A stretch of 64,000 nucleotides of DNA, from NCBI RefSeq assembly GCF_009914755.1, contig NC_060926.1; one strand, 5' to 3'. Both the position numbers and the translations under genes were made by a program. This DNA comes from the human T2T-CHM13v2.0 reference genome, Homo sapiens. This document shows positions 40,331-54,509 of the stretch, piece after piece; positions within the stretch are counted from its first letter, which is position 1, and each line of letters starts with the position of its first letter. The notes beneath the pieces were generated by a model. That model was not told the DNA's origin, searched no databases, and saw nothing but the letters and a program-made list of their open reading frames with translations.

Positions 40331-43300
40331 CCTTTTTTCCACCTGGCTTTTAGCATGTCTCAGGCACTTGGAAATAGAAAGATAATAAATAAAATAAAGA
40401 TCAACTCTGTGAGCTTTAATTCAAGATGGAAAATGGGAATCCACCAGAATTGTGAAGGAGACCCTGGGGAGCAGGATATGGGCAAACAGCTTCCGTGATG
40501 ACATCTAGCTGCTAAAGGTGAGTAAAGCCTCAGTACTGAGAAAAGCAGAGAGCCTTCCTCTGTGACTTACCTTTCCACTGGGGATCTGAACAACCCAGGC
40601 TGAGGGAGAGCGCTTTGTTTCCCCTAAGCCCTGGAGCTAACTTTGGGAGAGAAGAGGCTTAGAGGAGAGACACTGGGAAAAGCTACAGGCTTTTTAATTT
40701 GAGCTCATAAAAAATCAACCATTTTTTGGTAACCCAGCATTGTGGTCATGCTGGCATTTTAGTCTTGGGCCAAAGATTAGAGCTCCTGCTCTGGATTTGG
40801 GTAGGGGCTGCTGCAACCAGAACTGTGGGAAGCACCTCAGCAGTAGGAATTGGAACTGTGCTGTCCCCAGTCATTAGCCCAGAGTGGGAGGAGAGCTGCT
40901 ATGGCTGCAGTTTCTTCTGGGCAGTGAGACTTGCAACCAGGGCCAGCTTGGTGACCTGAAACCTGCCTGTCCGTGTCATTGCTGGGTGCTGAAGCTGACT
41001 TCCCTGAGGTCATAGTGCACCAGAGCCCTCTCCACTCCACTCTCTGTCAGAAATCTAGGCATTTGGAGCATACGCTTGCCTGGAACAGCCGCCTGAGCCA
41101 CCCCACCCTTCCTGGATATAAATCGTGGTGCAGTGGAGCCATCTCCACTCTACACACAGGCAAATCGGCAGGCATTTGGAGCACCGATTCATGTGGACTA
41201 GTAATCTGAGTCACCACATCCTTCCTGTACAGAGATCCTCGTGTAGGGAGGCCGTCTCCAATCTATGGAGAGACAGGCAAATCTCTAGGCATTCAGAGCA
41301 CCCCTTACTTAGATTAGAAGCCTGAGCTGCTCCAACCATCCTGTACAGAGATCCTGGTGCAGGGGGTGCCCTCTACATTTCATGCTCATGCAGCTCTTCA
41401 GGTACTGCAGCACTCAGTCCCCTGGATTAGGAGTTCAGGCTGTACCCCCTGCCCATGAAGAGAACTTGAGGCTGAGAAGGTTTTGCAGTTCCACACCTAG
41501 GTACATGTCTGTGTGCTTGGTGGCCACTCACTGTATTCTCCACTGGGACTGTCACTTGTGCCTGCCATCAGGGGACCTATAGGCCAACCTGTCTGATCAA
41601 GCCCAGCCTATCTTTCTCCACAGCCCCCAAGGGCTGAACAGGGTGCTCAGCCCACTGTGTACTCCATGAGTTGACCTATTGCCTGAGCAGCAGAGAGCTT
41701 CTTTCAGTAAACAAGGCCAGTAGATACCCAGCCACATTGGCCACAGCCCATTCTTACCCATAAGTCCCATGGACTGGCTTGTAGGTCAGACTGTACAGCC
41801 CAGTGAAAAAACATGCTGACAGAACTGCATACAGCTTTAGAAGCAAACCCAAAAGATGCCATCCAGCATTTTCTACAGTCACACCCCTTGGGAAGGGGTG
41901 GAAAAGGAAAGGGAAAGAAAAAATATCATAATGATATTTTAGGAAAAGAAAGACAAGGGGAAAAAAATCCTACTTGCATGAAAATAATTACAAATATTAG
42001 AAGTGCCTGCATCTCCAGATGAGAGGGAACCAGCAAAGGACTTCTGGTACCATGAAAAATCTAAATGTAGTGACACCACCAAAGGAGTACACTAGCTCTT
42101 CAGCAATGGTACCTAACCAAAATGACAGATAACCAGAAATGACAGATAAAGAATTCAAAGCAAGGATTGCAAGGAAATTCAATGAAATCCAAGAAACAGT
42201 TGAAAATCAACACACACAAACTTCTAAAACAATCCAGAAAATGAAAGAAGAAATAAACATCTTAAAAAGAAATCAGTCAGAGCTTCTGGGATTGAAAAAC
42301 ACACTTAAATTTTTTCAAAATACAGTTGAAAGCTTTATCAACAGAACGGATCAACCAAAAAAGAGAATCTCAGACCTTGAAGACTGATCTCTCAAACTAA
42401 CCCAGTCAAACAAAAATAAAGAAAAATAAATTTAAAAAGTAAATAAAATCTTCAAGAAATATGAGATTTTGTGAAGCAACCAAATCTACAAATTATTAGT
42501 ATTCCTGAGAGAGAAAGAGGAAAAAGTAAACAACCTAAAAAATATATTTGAGGGAAATTCAAGAACATTTCCTCAATCTTGCTAGATGGATAGACATCTA
42601 GATATAAGAAATCCAGAGAACACCTGTGAGATACCCTACAAAATGAGCATAACCAAGGTATATAGTCATCATACTGTCCAAGGCGAACACTAGAGAAAAT
42701 AATCTTAAAGGCAGCTGAAGAAAAAAGTCAAATTACATACAAAGGGAATCCTTTCAGGCTAACAGCTGACTTCTCAGCAGAAACCTCAAAAGCCAGAAGA
42801 GATTGAGGACCTATTTTAAGCATTCTTAAAGAAAAGAAATTCCAACCAAGAATTTTATCTCTTATATCCTGCCAAACTAAGCTTCGTAAGTGAAGAAGAA
42901 AAAGTCTTTTTCAGACAAGCAAGTGCTAAGGTAATTTGTTACAACTACACCAGAATTACAAGTGATCCTTCAGGGAGTTTTGAACATGAAAATGAAAGAA
43001 CAATACCTACTTCCACAAAAACACACTTAATTACATAGCCCACAGACCCCATAAAGCAACCACATAGTAGGGACTAGAAAACAACAAGCTGACAACTTCA
43101 CAATAGGATAAAACCTCACATATCAATATAATCTCTAAATTATTCCCTCAAATGATCTAAATACCATACTTAAGAGGCATAGAGTGATGAGTTGAATTTT
43201 TAAAAAGACCCATCCATCTGCTTTCTTCAAGAGACTCACCTCACATGTAATGACACCCATGAGCTCTATGTAAGAATTGGAGAAAGATCTACCACACATA

Positions 43301-46300
43301 TGAAAAGCAAAAAAAGCAAGGGTCGCTATTCTTATATCAGATAAAAACAGATTTTAAACCAACCACAGTAAAAAAGGACAAGGAAGGGTATCACATAATG
43401 ATAAAGGGTTCAATTTAACAAGAAGACCTAGCTATCCTAAATATATGCACACCTACCATGGGAGCTCCCAAATTCATAAAACAAGTACTTCTACATCTAC
43501 AAAAAGACTTAGATGGCCACACACACAATAATAGTGGGGAACTACATGACCCCACTGATTGCATTAAACAGATAATTGAGGCAGAAAACTGACAAAGAAA
43601 TTATGGACTTAAATTACATATTTGACCCATTGGAATTAACAGACATCTACAGAATACTCCACCCATTAAGCACAGAATATGCATTTTTCTCATCTCTTGT
43701 AACATACTTCAAAATCGACTACATGCTCAACCATAAAGCAAGTCTCAATAAATTCAAAAAAATCTAAATGATACCAACCATACTCTTGGACCACAGTAGA
43801 ATAACAATAGAAATCAATACCAAGATGATCACTCAAAATCACACAATTACATTGAAATTAATCAACTTGCTCCTGAATGACTTTTGGGTAAACAGTGAAA
43901 TTAAGGCATAAATCAATAAATTATTTTAAATAAGTGAAAACAGAAACGCAATATACCAAAATTTCTAAGATACAGCAAAACTGTACCTACCTCAAAAAGT
44001 TGGAAAGATCCCAAATTAATGATCTAACATCACTACTAGAGGAACTAGAAAATCAAGAACAAACTGACCCCAAAGCTAGCAGAAGAAAAGAAATAACTAA
44101 AACCAGAGCAGCACCAAATGAAAGTGAGACCCCAAAATCTATACAAAGAATTAATGAAACCAAAGGTTGAAAAAAATAAACAAAGTTGAGGGACTGCTAG
44201 CTAGGTTAGCAAAGAATAAAAGAAGGTCCAAATAAGCACAATCAGAAATAACAAAGGTGACATTACAACTAATCCCTCAGAACTAAAAAGATTCTCAAGA
44301 ACTATTGTGAACACTTCTATGGACACAAACTAGAAAATCTAGATGAAATTGACAAATTCCAGGAAACATACAGCCTCCCAAAATTGAATTGGGAAGAAAT
44401 CAAAATTCTAGACAGATGAATATCAAGTTCCAAAATTGAATCAATAATTCAAAAACCTACCAATCAAACAAAGCCACAGGCCAGATGGATTCACAGTCAA
44501 GTTCTACCAGATATAAAAAGATCTCATCCCAGTTCTACTGAAACTAGTCTAAGAAATTAAAGATGGGGACTCCTCCCTAACTCATTCTACAAAGCCAGCA
44601 TTACCCTGATACCAAAACCTGACAAAGACACAAAAACAACAAAAAGAAAACTATAAGCCAAGCCAATATCCCTGATGAACAGATACAAAAATTCTCAACA
44701 AAATATTAGTAAACAGAATCAAGTAGCACATCAAAAAGTTAATTCACCATGATTAATTAGGATTTCTTCCCAGGATGTGAGTTTGATTAAACATACAAAA
44801 ATCAATAAATGTAATTCACCACATACAATTAAAAACAAAAACACATGATTATCTCAATAGATGTGGAAAAAACTTTTGATAAAATCAAATATCCCTTCAT
44901 GATAAAAACCCTGAAGAATGTAGACATTGAAGGAACACACCCTAAAATAATAAAAGCCATTTATGAAAAACCCACAGCCAACACCATACTGAATGATTAA
45001 AAACTGGAAGTATTCCCCTTGAGATCTGGAATAAGATAAGCATGTCCTCTCTCATGACTCCTATTCAACATAGTACTAAAAATCCTAGCCAAAGCAATCA
45101 GGCAAGATACAGAAATAAAAGGCAACCAAGTAGGAAAAGAAAAAGTCAGACTATCCCTCTTTGTAGACAATGTGATTGTACACCTAGAAAACCCTAAAGA
45201 CTCCACCAAAAAGGCTCCTGGAACTGATAAGTGACCTCAGTAAAGTCTCAGGATACAAAAATTAATGTATAAAAATCAGTAATATTTCTACCACACTAGT
45301 AGTGTTCAAGTTGAGAGCCAGATCGAGAACACAGTACAATTTACAATAGCTACAAAAACACACACATACAACAACAACCACCACCACCTAGGAATACGTC
45401 TAACCAAGAAGGTGAAAGATCTCTACAAGAAGTACTACAAAATACTGCTGAAATAAATCATAGATGACATAAACAAATGGAAAAACATTCCATGCTCATG
45501 AACTGAAAGAATCAATCTCATTTAAATGATCATACTGTCAAAAGTAATTTACAGATTTAATGCTATTCCTATCAAACTACCAACATCATTTTTCACAGAA
45601 CTAGAAAAAAAACTATTTTAAAATTCATATGGAACCAAAAAGAGCCCAAATAGTCAAAGTAATTCTAAGCAAAAAGGCCAATGCTGGAGGCATCACGTAT
45701 CCAAAGTCAAACTATATAATATAAGGCTACAGTAGCCAAAACAGCACAGTTCTGGTACAAAAACTGGCACATAAATCAGTGAAACAGAATAGAGAAACCA
45801 GAAATAAAGCTATATACCTCCAGCCATCTGATCTTTGAAAAAGTCAACAAAAATAAGTGGTGAGGAAAAGACTCCCTATTCAATAATTGGTGCTAAGACA
45901 CCTGGCTAGCAATATGCAGAAGAATGAAACTGGACATTGCCTTTCAACGTATATACAAATTAACTCAAGATGGATTAAAGATTTAAATATAAGACCTCAA
46001 ACTATAAGAATCCTACAAGAGAACCTAGGATATACCATTCTGGATATCAGCCTTGGAAAATAATTTATGACCAAGTCCTCAAAAGCAATTGCAAAAAAAA
46101 AAAAAAAAAAAAAAAATGACAAGTGGGACCTAATTAAAGACCTTCTGCACAGAAAAAGAAACAATCAATAGAATAAATAAATGAGAGAAAATATTTGCAA
46201 ACTATGCCTCTCACTAGGATTTAATATCCAGAATGTATAAGGAACTTAAATTAGCAAGCCAAAATAAAACCATTAAAAATAGGCAAAAGATGCAAACAGA

Positions 46301-47119
46301 CACTTCTCTAAAGAAGACATACAAGCAACCAACAAATATAAAAACTGCTCAATATCACAAATCATCAGAGAAATGCAAATCAAAACCACAATGAAATATA
46401 ATCTCATACCAGTCAGAATTGGCTATTTTTAGAAAAATAAAACAAAATAAATAAAAACAGATGCTGGTGAAGCGTGGAGAAAAAGGGATGCGTATACACT
46501 GTTGATGGGCATATAAATCAGTTCAGCCACTGTGGGAAGCCGTTTGGAGATTTCTCAAAGAACTTAAAACGAAGCTACCATTTGATCCAGCAATCACATT
46601 ACTGGGTATATATCCAAAAGTAAATAAAACAACCTACCAAAAGGACACATGCACTCACATGTTAATCACAGCACTATTCACAACAGCAAAGACATGGAGT
46701 CAACCCAGGTGCCAATCAATGGTGGACTCAATTTAAAAAATGTGGTATGTATATGTCATGAAATCCTATGCAGCCATAAAAAAGAACAAAATAATGTCAT
46801 TTGCAGCAACATGGATGGAACTGGAGGCCATTATTCTAAGTAAATTAAAGCAGGAACAGAAAACCGAACACCTCATGTTTTCACTTTAAAATGGGAGCTA
46901 AAAATTGGGTACAATTAGGCATAGAGATGGCAACTATAGACACTGGGGACTACAAGAAGGAGGAAGGGTTGAAAAACTAGCATTCAGTACCATGCTCACT
47001 GTCTGGGTGACAGGATCAGTTGTACTCCAAACCTCAGCATCATGCAAAATATCCAGGGAACAAAACCTGTACATGTACACCCTGAATGTAAACTAAAAGT
47101 TGAAAATATTTTTTAAAAA
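40331..47119 (+). mobile_element. Near full-length L1PA16-like LINE-1 (~6.8 kb), ORFs disrupted
   Basis: L1P4-type 5'UTR; ORF1 remnant from ~42019 (MTDKEFKARIARKFNEIQE...); ORF2 remnants ([29 protein letters not shown]); 3'UTR ccaaacctcagcatcatgc...taaaagttgaaa. Confidence 0.92.
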
Positions 47120-47330
47120 GGATTCAAGAATAGGCAAACTAATCTATGGTGACACAAATCAGAACAGGGAATGCCTGTGGGAGTTGTAGATTAAATGGAG
47201 GTAAGAGATGACTTCCTGGGATGATGGAAGTATTCTATTAATGGGCATAGCTGTCAGATGGTTGTACATTTGTCAAGTCTCCATTAAATTATGTTCTTGA
47301 GAGTGCATTTCACTGCCTATAAACTTAACA
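47120..47330 (+). mobile_element. 3' terminus of the old L1M displaced by the L1PA16 insertion
   Basis: ttcaagaataggcaaactaatctatggtgacacaaatcagaacag...gtgcatttcactg continues the 3'UTR broken at 40330. Confidence 0.8.
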
Positions 47331-47688
47331 AATACGAATAGCGTGTCTCTTGCAAATTTGTGGCCTTTCTACTATTATCAGTAACAAATTATTTAGAACA
47401 CTTTTTACCCCATGAGTTACCAGGGTTGAGAATTACTCCTCTCAGGCATACAACAAAAAAAATCCATGCTGGAAGTCACTCATAGGAAGTGGTCTAAAGA
47501 ATCCAATAGCTATATTACCTTAGCATAGTTGCAGGAGTGAGAAGCACTGAGTCAACAAATGTGTAAAGTTACGGATAGAAGTGGCCCATTTCTACCATCG
47601 CTTACAGTATAAGAAGTTGTAAGCTGCTACTAGAAGCCACTATTTATTCATTTATTCAATCAAATATTTAACTAGTGGCGGCTATGAA

Positions 47689-48964
47689 TGATACGGTTTT
47701 GTCCCTGAATCCCGCCTGCTCCAAATCCAGCTGTGGCTAAAAGCGGCCCAGGTACAGCTTGGGCTGCTGCTTCAGTGAGTTTAAGCCATAAGTTTTGGTG
47801 GCTTCCATGTGGTGATAAGCCTGTGGATGCACAGAGCGCAAGAGTTGAGGCTTGGGAGCCTCCACCTAGATTTCAGAGGATGTATGGAAAAGCCTGGATG
47901 TCCAGGCAGAGAAGCCTGCTGCAAAAGCAGAGCCCTCACAGAGAAACTTTGCTAGGGCAGTGCAGATGGAAAATGTGGAGTTGAAGCCCTCACACAGAGT
48001 CCTGACTGGGGCACTGCCTAGTGGAGCTGTGAAAAGAGGGTCACTGTTCTCCAGGCTGTGGAATGGCAGAATCATCATCAGCTTGCACCATGCACCAGGA
48101 GAAGCCACAAGCACCCAACACCAGCCCATGAGAGAAGCCATGGGGGCTGATCCCTGCAAAGCCACAGGTGAGGAGATGCCCAAGGCCTTGGGAGCCACCC
48201 CTTGCACCAGTATTCCCTGGATGTGAGACACTGAGTTAAAAGAGATTATTTTGGAGCTTTAAGATTTAATGACTGCCCTTCTGGGTTTTGGACTTGTATC
48301 AGGCCTGTAGCCCTTTTTTCCTGGCTGATTTCTCCCTTTTGGAATGAGAGTATTTGCCCAATGTCTATACCCCAATTGCATCTTGGAAGTAACTAACTTG
48401 TTTTTGATTTTACAGGCTTATAGGGACTAGCCTTGTCTCAGATGAGACTCTGGACTTTTGAATAAATGCTGAAAATGAGTTAAGACTTGGGGGACTGCTA
48501 GGAAAGCATGATTGTATTTTGCAATGTGAGAAGAACATGAGATTTTGTAGGGGCTGAGAGCAGATTTATACAGTTTGGATCTGTGTCCCCAACCAAATCT
48601 TATGTCAAATTATAAGCATCAGTGTTGGAGGTGGGGCCTGCTGGGTGGTGATTGGATCATTGTGGGGGCAGATTTCCCCACATGGTGCTGTTCTAATGAT
48701 AGTGAGTGAGTTCTCATGAGATCATGTTGTTTAAAAGTATGTGGCACCTCCCTGCCCCCTTTCCTCCTGCTCTAGCCATGTGAAGTGCTGATTTCCCCTT
48801 TAACTTCCACCATGATTGTAAGTTTCCTGAGGCCTCCCCAGAAGCTGAGCAGATGGCAGCAGAATGCTTCCTGTACAGCCTGTGGAACTGTGAGCCAATT
48901 AAATCTCTTTTCTTTATAAATTACCCAGTCTCAGGTATTTATAGAAGTGAGAATGAACTATCAC
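47689..48964 (+). mobile_element. MST (MSTA/B-like) internal sequence plus 3' LTR (48566-48964), inserted in a minus-strand L2 tail
   Basis: MaLR-internal text (ggtacagcttgggctgctgcttcag...ttgaggcttgggagcctccacctagatttcagaggatgtatgg), polypurine tract, then LTR gtttggatctgtgtcccc...ataaattacccagtctcaggtattt. Confidence 0.9.
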
Positions 48965-49159
48965 TGTTCTAGGCTCTGGAGATCCAATGGTAATTCCCCT
49001 AACATTATGACACTTACAGTATTGTGAGAGAGACATATATCTATCAAATAGTCACAAAAATACATGTGCTAGTATGTATGCATACTAGTATGTACTAATT
49101 AGTACTAAAAATATTAATATGAAAAGAGCAATGAAGGAAAGGTACACGGGGCCATAGGA

Positions 49160-49370
49160 GCTTATCACAATGATAGGAATTCCTTATATTTATTTCTTAC
49201 AACAACACTACAAAATAAGTGCGATCATTCTTCTTTCCACATAATAGCTGAAGAACTTAAGGCTGTGAGAGCATTAGCAATTTGCTGAAGGTTACAGAGC
49301 TAGGGAATGGCTGTGCCAGTGTTTTCATTTTGGCCTTTTATCTCTAGATTCTATTGCCTTAACCACAATG
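49160..49370 (-). mobile_element. MIR fragment
   Basis: ttcttacaacaacactacaaaataag...ttagcaatttgctgaaggttacagagctag...cttaaccac. Confidence 0.65.
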
Positions 49371-49633
49371 ACACCAGTGCATATCTACCTGGTCTGGAGA
49401 TTCAGGAAGATGTTTCTGAAAAATAAATCTATCTAAGCTGAGATCTGAAGGATGAGTAAGAATTATGTAGAAGGAAGAGAAGGGAGTATGTGTGCAAATC
49501 CCCCTGGCATGGCTTGAGCCTGATGTAGTTGATGGATGAGAAAGCTGTGTATATCTGTTAATTTGATGAGATTTAGAGAAGATTCTAAAGATGACTTGAC
49601 CAGTTAGAAAAAAAATAGACTTTAAAATTTCAA

Positions 49634-49941
<308 letters not shown>

Positions 49942-51004
49942 TCATTAATTTGTATTGTTCTAAATATTTTTAAAAGAACTGCTTCTACATTAAGAGTTAA
50001 ACCCATATTTTCCACGAGTAGCTGAATCCCGTTGGTGTTCCATCCTCAGTGAGGATGAGGAATGGGCCATCTTTCGCTGTACAAGGACCCTTTCAAACTT
50101 AGATGCCAGCACTTTTCACTGATTGCTAAGCACTGTGATTGCAGTATGAATGAAATCTTTAGCCCAATTCTTTTTTCTAACCCAGTTGAGGAAAGTTCTT
50201 TTCCCAACAACTGTAGCTCCTTGTTCCACAAAGACTCTTCCTTAGGAAACATGAAGCAGTTAATTACCCCTGCTAAACAGCAGGAAGGTAATACTTTTTT
50301 CAAATATCAAATCAGTCCAATTTCATTTAGACTTAAATGATTTTTCTGGCCCCTCTTCATGTAGACACCTCCGCAGTCAATTAGCATTGTCACTTTTAAT
50401 CTTCTGTAGTCAGATCCTGGTCATTTCCCATTAGAGTTCTATTAAATAGATTCTTATGGCCTGGCTGAACTGACTGCAGTGCAGTATCTGAAGAAAGCAC
50501 GCCAGCCATCATTATGCAGCTGGCATTTACTAAAGGTTAGATATTACTGAGAACCTTAATCAGGAATTATGCTACTTTGACTGAAAATTCACTCCTGGAT
50601 TTCCTTGACACCAAACTCAAATGCTCCCGGTATACTCAGGCTATGCCTGGATGGAAAGGCACCTTGAATTATGCATCTGAACTCAAACCATTTTAAACTC
50701 CATGGCCTTTGAGTCAAGATCCAAAGATCATGGAGCTGTCAGAGGCAGAAGAGCCTGTATCTAGCTGCAATGCCAGGTATGCTCTAACTAAAAAGGAGAG
50801 CAGGAACAGTGTCCTCAGGAAAGAGCCCTATTCTACTGTGGCTTAGTTGAGCCTTGCAAATAAATGTAATAACAATGAGACTGTGGAAAACTAAAGGACA
50901 GAAAAAACATATAGAAGATTTACATTTTCTAAGTGGAAATAAATACATGGTCAATTCAGAGTAACTCAAAACATATGGCAGAGATGAAAAAGAATCCTCT
51001 AACA

Positions 51005-51160
51005 GAGAAAACAACATGCCAGGTGTCAGACACATGGCTTCCAAATACCCAGTGCTAACTGCTGGTGTGACCTTGAGAAAATCACCTGATTCCACCAGGC
51101 CTCTTGCTCTGCAAGTCTCTGGCTCAACATAAACAGGGTACTGAGAAGTGACTGTAGCTG
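51005..51160 (+). mobile_element. MIR fragment
   Basis: gtcagacacatggcttccaaataccc...gtgtgaccttgagaaaatcacct. Confidence 0.6.
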
Positions 51161-52485
51161 ATTAGCACATCTCTCATTAGCAGAATGGAGACCAGGAAAA
51201 TGAAACAGAATAGAAGACAGAGGAGACCAGCACGAATGGTCCAGCACTCTGCAGCTGGACAGGTGCTCGATGTGGAGTGGCTGAGGGCAAACAGGTCTTA
51301 CCAAGTCCTAGGAAAAGAGAGGCAGGGAAGGCAGCACTGAAAGACATCTATGTCTACAAGTTTTTGTTGGCAACCCGTCCTAGGGGGTAGAAATCTTCAA
51401 ACAGACATAGCAGTAGAAGCTATCTCATGGACTGCTTTCTCCTTTCTTCATCCACTGTTAAGGCCTATTCAATAAGTTTCTTAAGCACTTATTAAATAAT
51501 ATCTCTGACCTTTAAGGCTTACTCTTTAGAAAAAAAAAGGCTGACTTTGAACAGATGATCCCAGAGAAAATGATAAAACTCACATTATTAACTTTCTTTT
51601 TAGACCAAATTTCTTGACTAAACATGGACCCATTCTAGAGTGGATTACCCCAGCTTCCCTCTTACAAAGCTCTATCAATTTCCTTCTAAGCTGCCCCAAA
51701 GAAGTTTTGCAGACATAAACTTCTAGAATTAAACAACAAATGAGACTTGTTGGTAGACAGAGAGATTTGAAATGCTGCTGAATATTTCTAAAGAAATGGA
51801 GTGGTTTGGGTTTAGCATACCAGCAACTCAGTAAAGACCATAAAAATGGTCCCCAGGAGAGGTCTTGCTAGAACTATTTTAATAAGGGGCTTAGGATAAT
51901 TTATAATTAGCCTAGTAGTCAATGTTTGCTAAAGGGCTTGAAAACTATTTTCTTAAACATTTTTGAGCACAATTTCTGAAAATTGCTCTGTCCTATGATC
52001 TTTCCATCAACTTAATTTTTTTCATGCAGCCAACATAAATCAGTTGTGATGACTTTAATGTACTAAGGCAGATGGAAGAGGTGAAAAACTAGTGTTTTTG
52101 GAATTGTCAGAGAAGGTTTCCTAGAGGACACCTAAGTTGGATGTTAAAGGGTAGAGAAGAGTCAAATTAAATTAGAAAAAGAGAAAAATTATTACCAGGA
52201 GGCAGGACCCATGTTGATAACGTTGGCCAGAAGAGTGCTGTTCTGCCTGTTTTTCACAAAGTCCAATGCAGAGACAATAAAAGGTCTCTGGGACAACAGT
52301 TTTCCCTAGTTAAAATGAAAATAACTGCATTGAGTACCAGGGTTGTAAAATGTCTATTCTTACACAATATTCAACAGAAAAATCTAAATAAATAAAAACA
52401 AGTGGCATTGTTTTTAGCCACAATACTATCAGCATCCCAATATGCACATTTCGCATACTCGCGACTTTCTTATATTTTATCTTTA

Positions 52486-52930
52486 TGTTATCTTGGGTCT
52501 ATCAAGAAGCAGATGCTAAAGTGGGATAAGACATGCAAGAAATTCGCCTGAGAGAGAAGAGAAAAGGAGCTAAGAGAGGGAGGGAGAGCTGTCAGGCTGT
52601 GATACAAACCTGACTCTGAGTGAAGGGGAGAGAGAAGGGAAAGAAGGTTGGGTGGAAGTTTCACAGGCTGCCTGAAATTCTAAGGAAAGGTTGGCAAGGC
52701 CATCAGAGATTCCTCTAGGTAAGGTCAGCCTTCAGCAAAGTCCCATATCTCCCTGGCATGGGCCTGATTTAGTAACCCCTCTGCCCAATCATTGTCTGGG
52801 GGCAGCACACAGAAAGCATGGCCTCTGTGCAAACACAGTATCAGGCTTTGGGGAACAGCAGCTGAGGCCGTTGTTCAATCACACTCCCTGCACTTAAAAA
52901 CCTAAGAGGCACATTCTTATGCTCACCAAA
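52486..52930 (-). mobile_element. ERVL solo LTR (LTR16C-like)
   Basis: agaagcagatgctaaagtgggataagacatgcaaga...gtgaaggggagagagaagg...ctaaggaaaggttggcaaggcc...agcatggcctctgtgcaaac. Confidence 0.8.
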
Positions 52931-53019
52931 TCTTGAAATTAGACTTCGGACCATACCACAAACATTGGGTCACATGTGACTTACCCTGAATTCTAATAAT
53001 TTTGACCTAAAGGGCACAT

Positions 53020-53180
53020 AACACTGGTAAGGTGATTTGTATACTCATAACATCACCACAAAGAAAATATTGCCGTGTTTATTTTATAGATGAGCAAACC
53101 TTGTTGACGTGCCTAGTAGGATAAGAACAGAGAACGCCAACCCAGGTCTTTTAACTCCACACCCCACCTGCTTTTCATGG
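53020..53180 (-). mobile_element. MIR fragment
   Basis: actcataaca...attttatagatgagcaaac...aacccaggtcttttaactcca. Confidence 0.6.
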
Positions 53181-54509
53181 CACATTAAGGTGAGCAGTAT
53201 ACTACACATTTTCTGGGATAATGAGGAGTACTGTGAATAGTGCATGATTAAAGAAACAAATTATCAACAAAATTAGGATGCTTATGAAAGAGAAAGGAAC
53301 ACTATTAATAATCCCATCGAGGCAATAATTCTTTCTTCACTGACATTTTTCTCACTTCAGTCTATAACCCCACAACTTCCTTTGTGGACAGGTATTTAAT
53401 ATCAATCCTATCCAAATTGCACACAGGCTTAGGTCATCCCTACCAGGAGAACCGTCTTGAGGCTCAGGGAAGAATTATCTACATTTCCCTTCTCACTCTT
53501 GCTTCTTTTCCCAGGAAACAATTCAGAGGCTCTGGGCCAATCCTCCAGGCCCATCAAAGCAACTGGAATCTCCGACTCTGTACTTAGAAGATTTGTTTTA
53601 GATCATAATTACAGATTAAATTTCACATTTATTTAGCATCTTTGCCACTAACCCTACATTTCATTTGCAAATAGATATTTGCCTACAGTATCTTATTTAT
53701 TTAATTGATTGCCTGTCTCAGTTTTCAGAGTAATTGTTTATCTCAAGTGGCATAACAGCATGCTCTGTTCCTATGCTCTACTCTGGAAGACGGTGCTGGC
53801 TGCCTGGAATAATTTAATGTCTCATTAAAGTAAAGAGACTGAAACTTAGCTCCAAAAACTCTCAGCCAAGGTACATGTTCTTGACAGCTTTGCAGATTTC
53901 ACTTTTCCGGATGAACTTGCACACAGGAAGAATGCTTGCTCAAGCCTAAGTCAATCAAATATTCAGAGAAAACATGGACTTCACAATTCTGTCTCCCAAT
54001 CTGCTTAGCATCTTTCCTTTTTCTCATACATTATGATTTTTATCTCTTGCTGTTAATGATTTCACAAAGCCTAAAAGTTTCTGCTGTATGGCTGCAGGAA
54101 ATAAGGGTTCCTTTAAATGCAACCATAGATGCATTCTGGCTTCCATAGTATGCTTCTGAATTGGCAATTGGCTGACCTGAGCCAGTAATTTTAAGTATTC
54201 ACCGCGTTGATGGCACCAACCAAAGCTATTGTCTTTTTAATTATAATTGCAGGCTTATTCCTCCAAAAGTTGAGATAACACATAAGTCAGTGCCACCCCT
54301 TCTAAGTCTATGCCTTTCTAATTCACCGTAGCCAAGGGTCTTACAGAAACTGATGCTACAGTATGTCGAGGGTTATCAACACTGTGCTTCCCACCAACAA
54401 TAGTCTCCTTTAGGCCATATGGCCAGCAAATGATCCCATTTTAGAATCCTTTCTTGAAAAGCTTCTTGTTGCTAATAGAAAACCTGGTCTGAAAACTTCT
54501 GCATAAATT

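Noticed and set aside
42139-46843. L1 ORF1/ORF2-like ORFs
   Set aside because: Short pieces broken by many stops and frameshifts; the L1PA16-like copy is not coding-competent
47733-48231. GC-richer overlapping ORFs
   Set aside because: They lie in MST internal sequence
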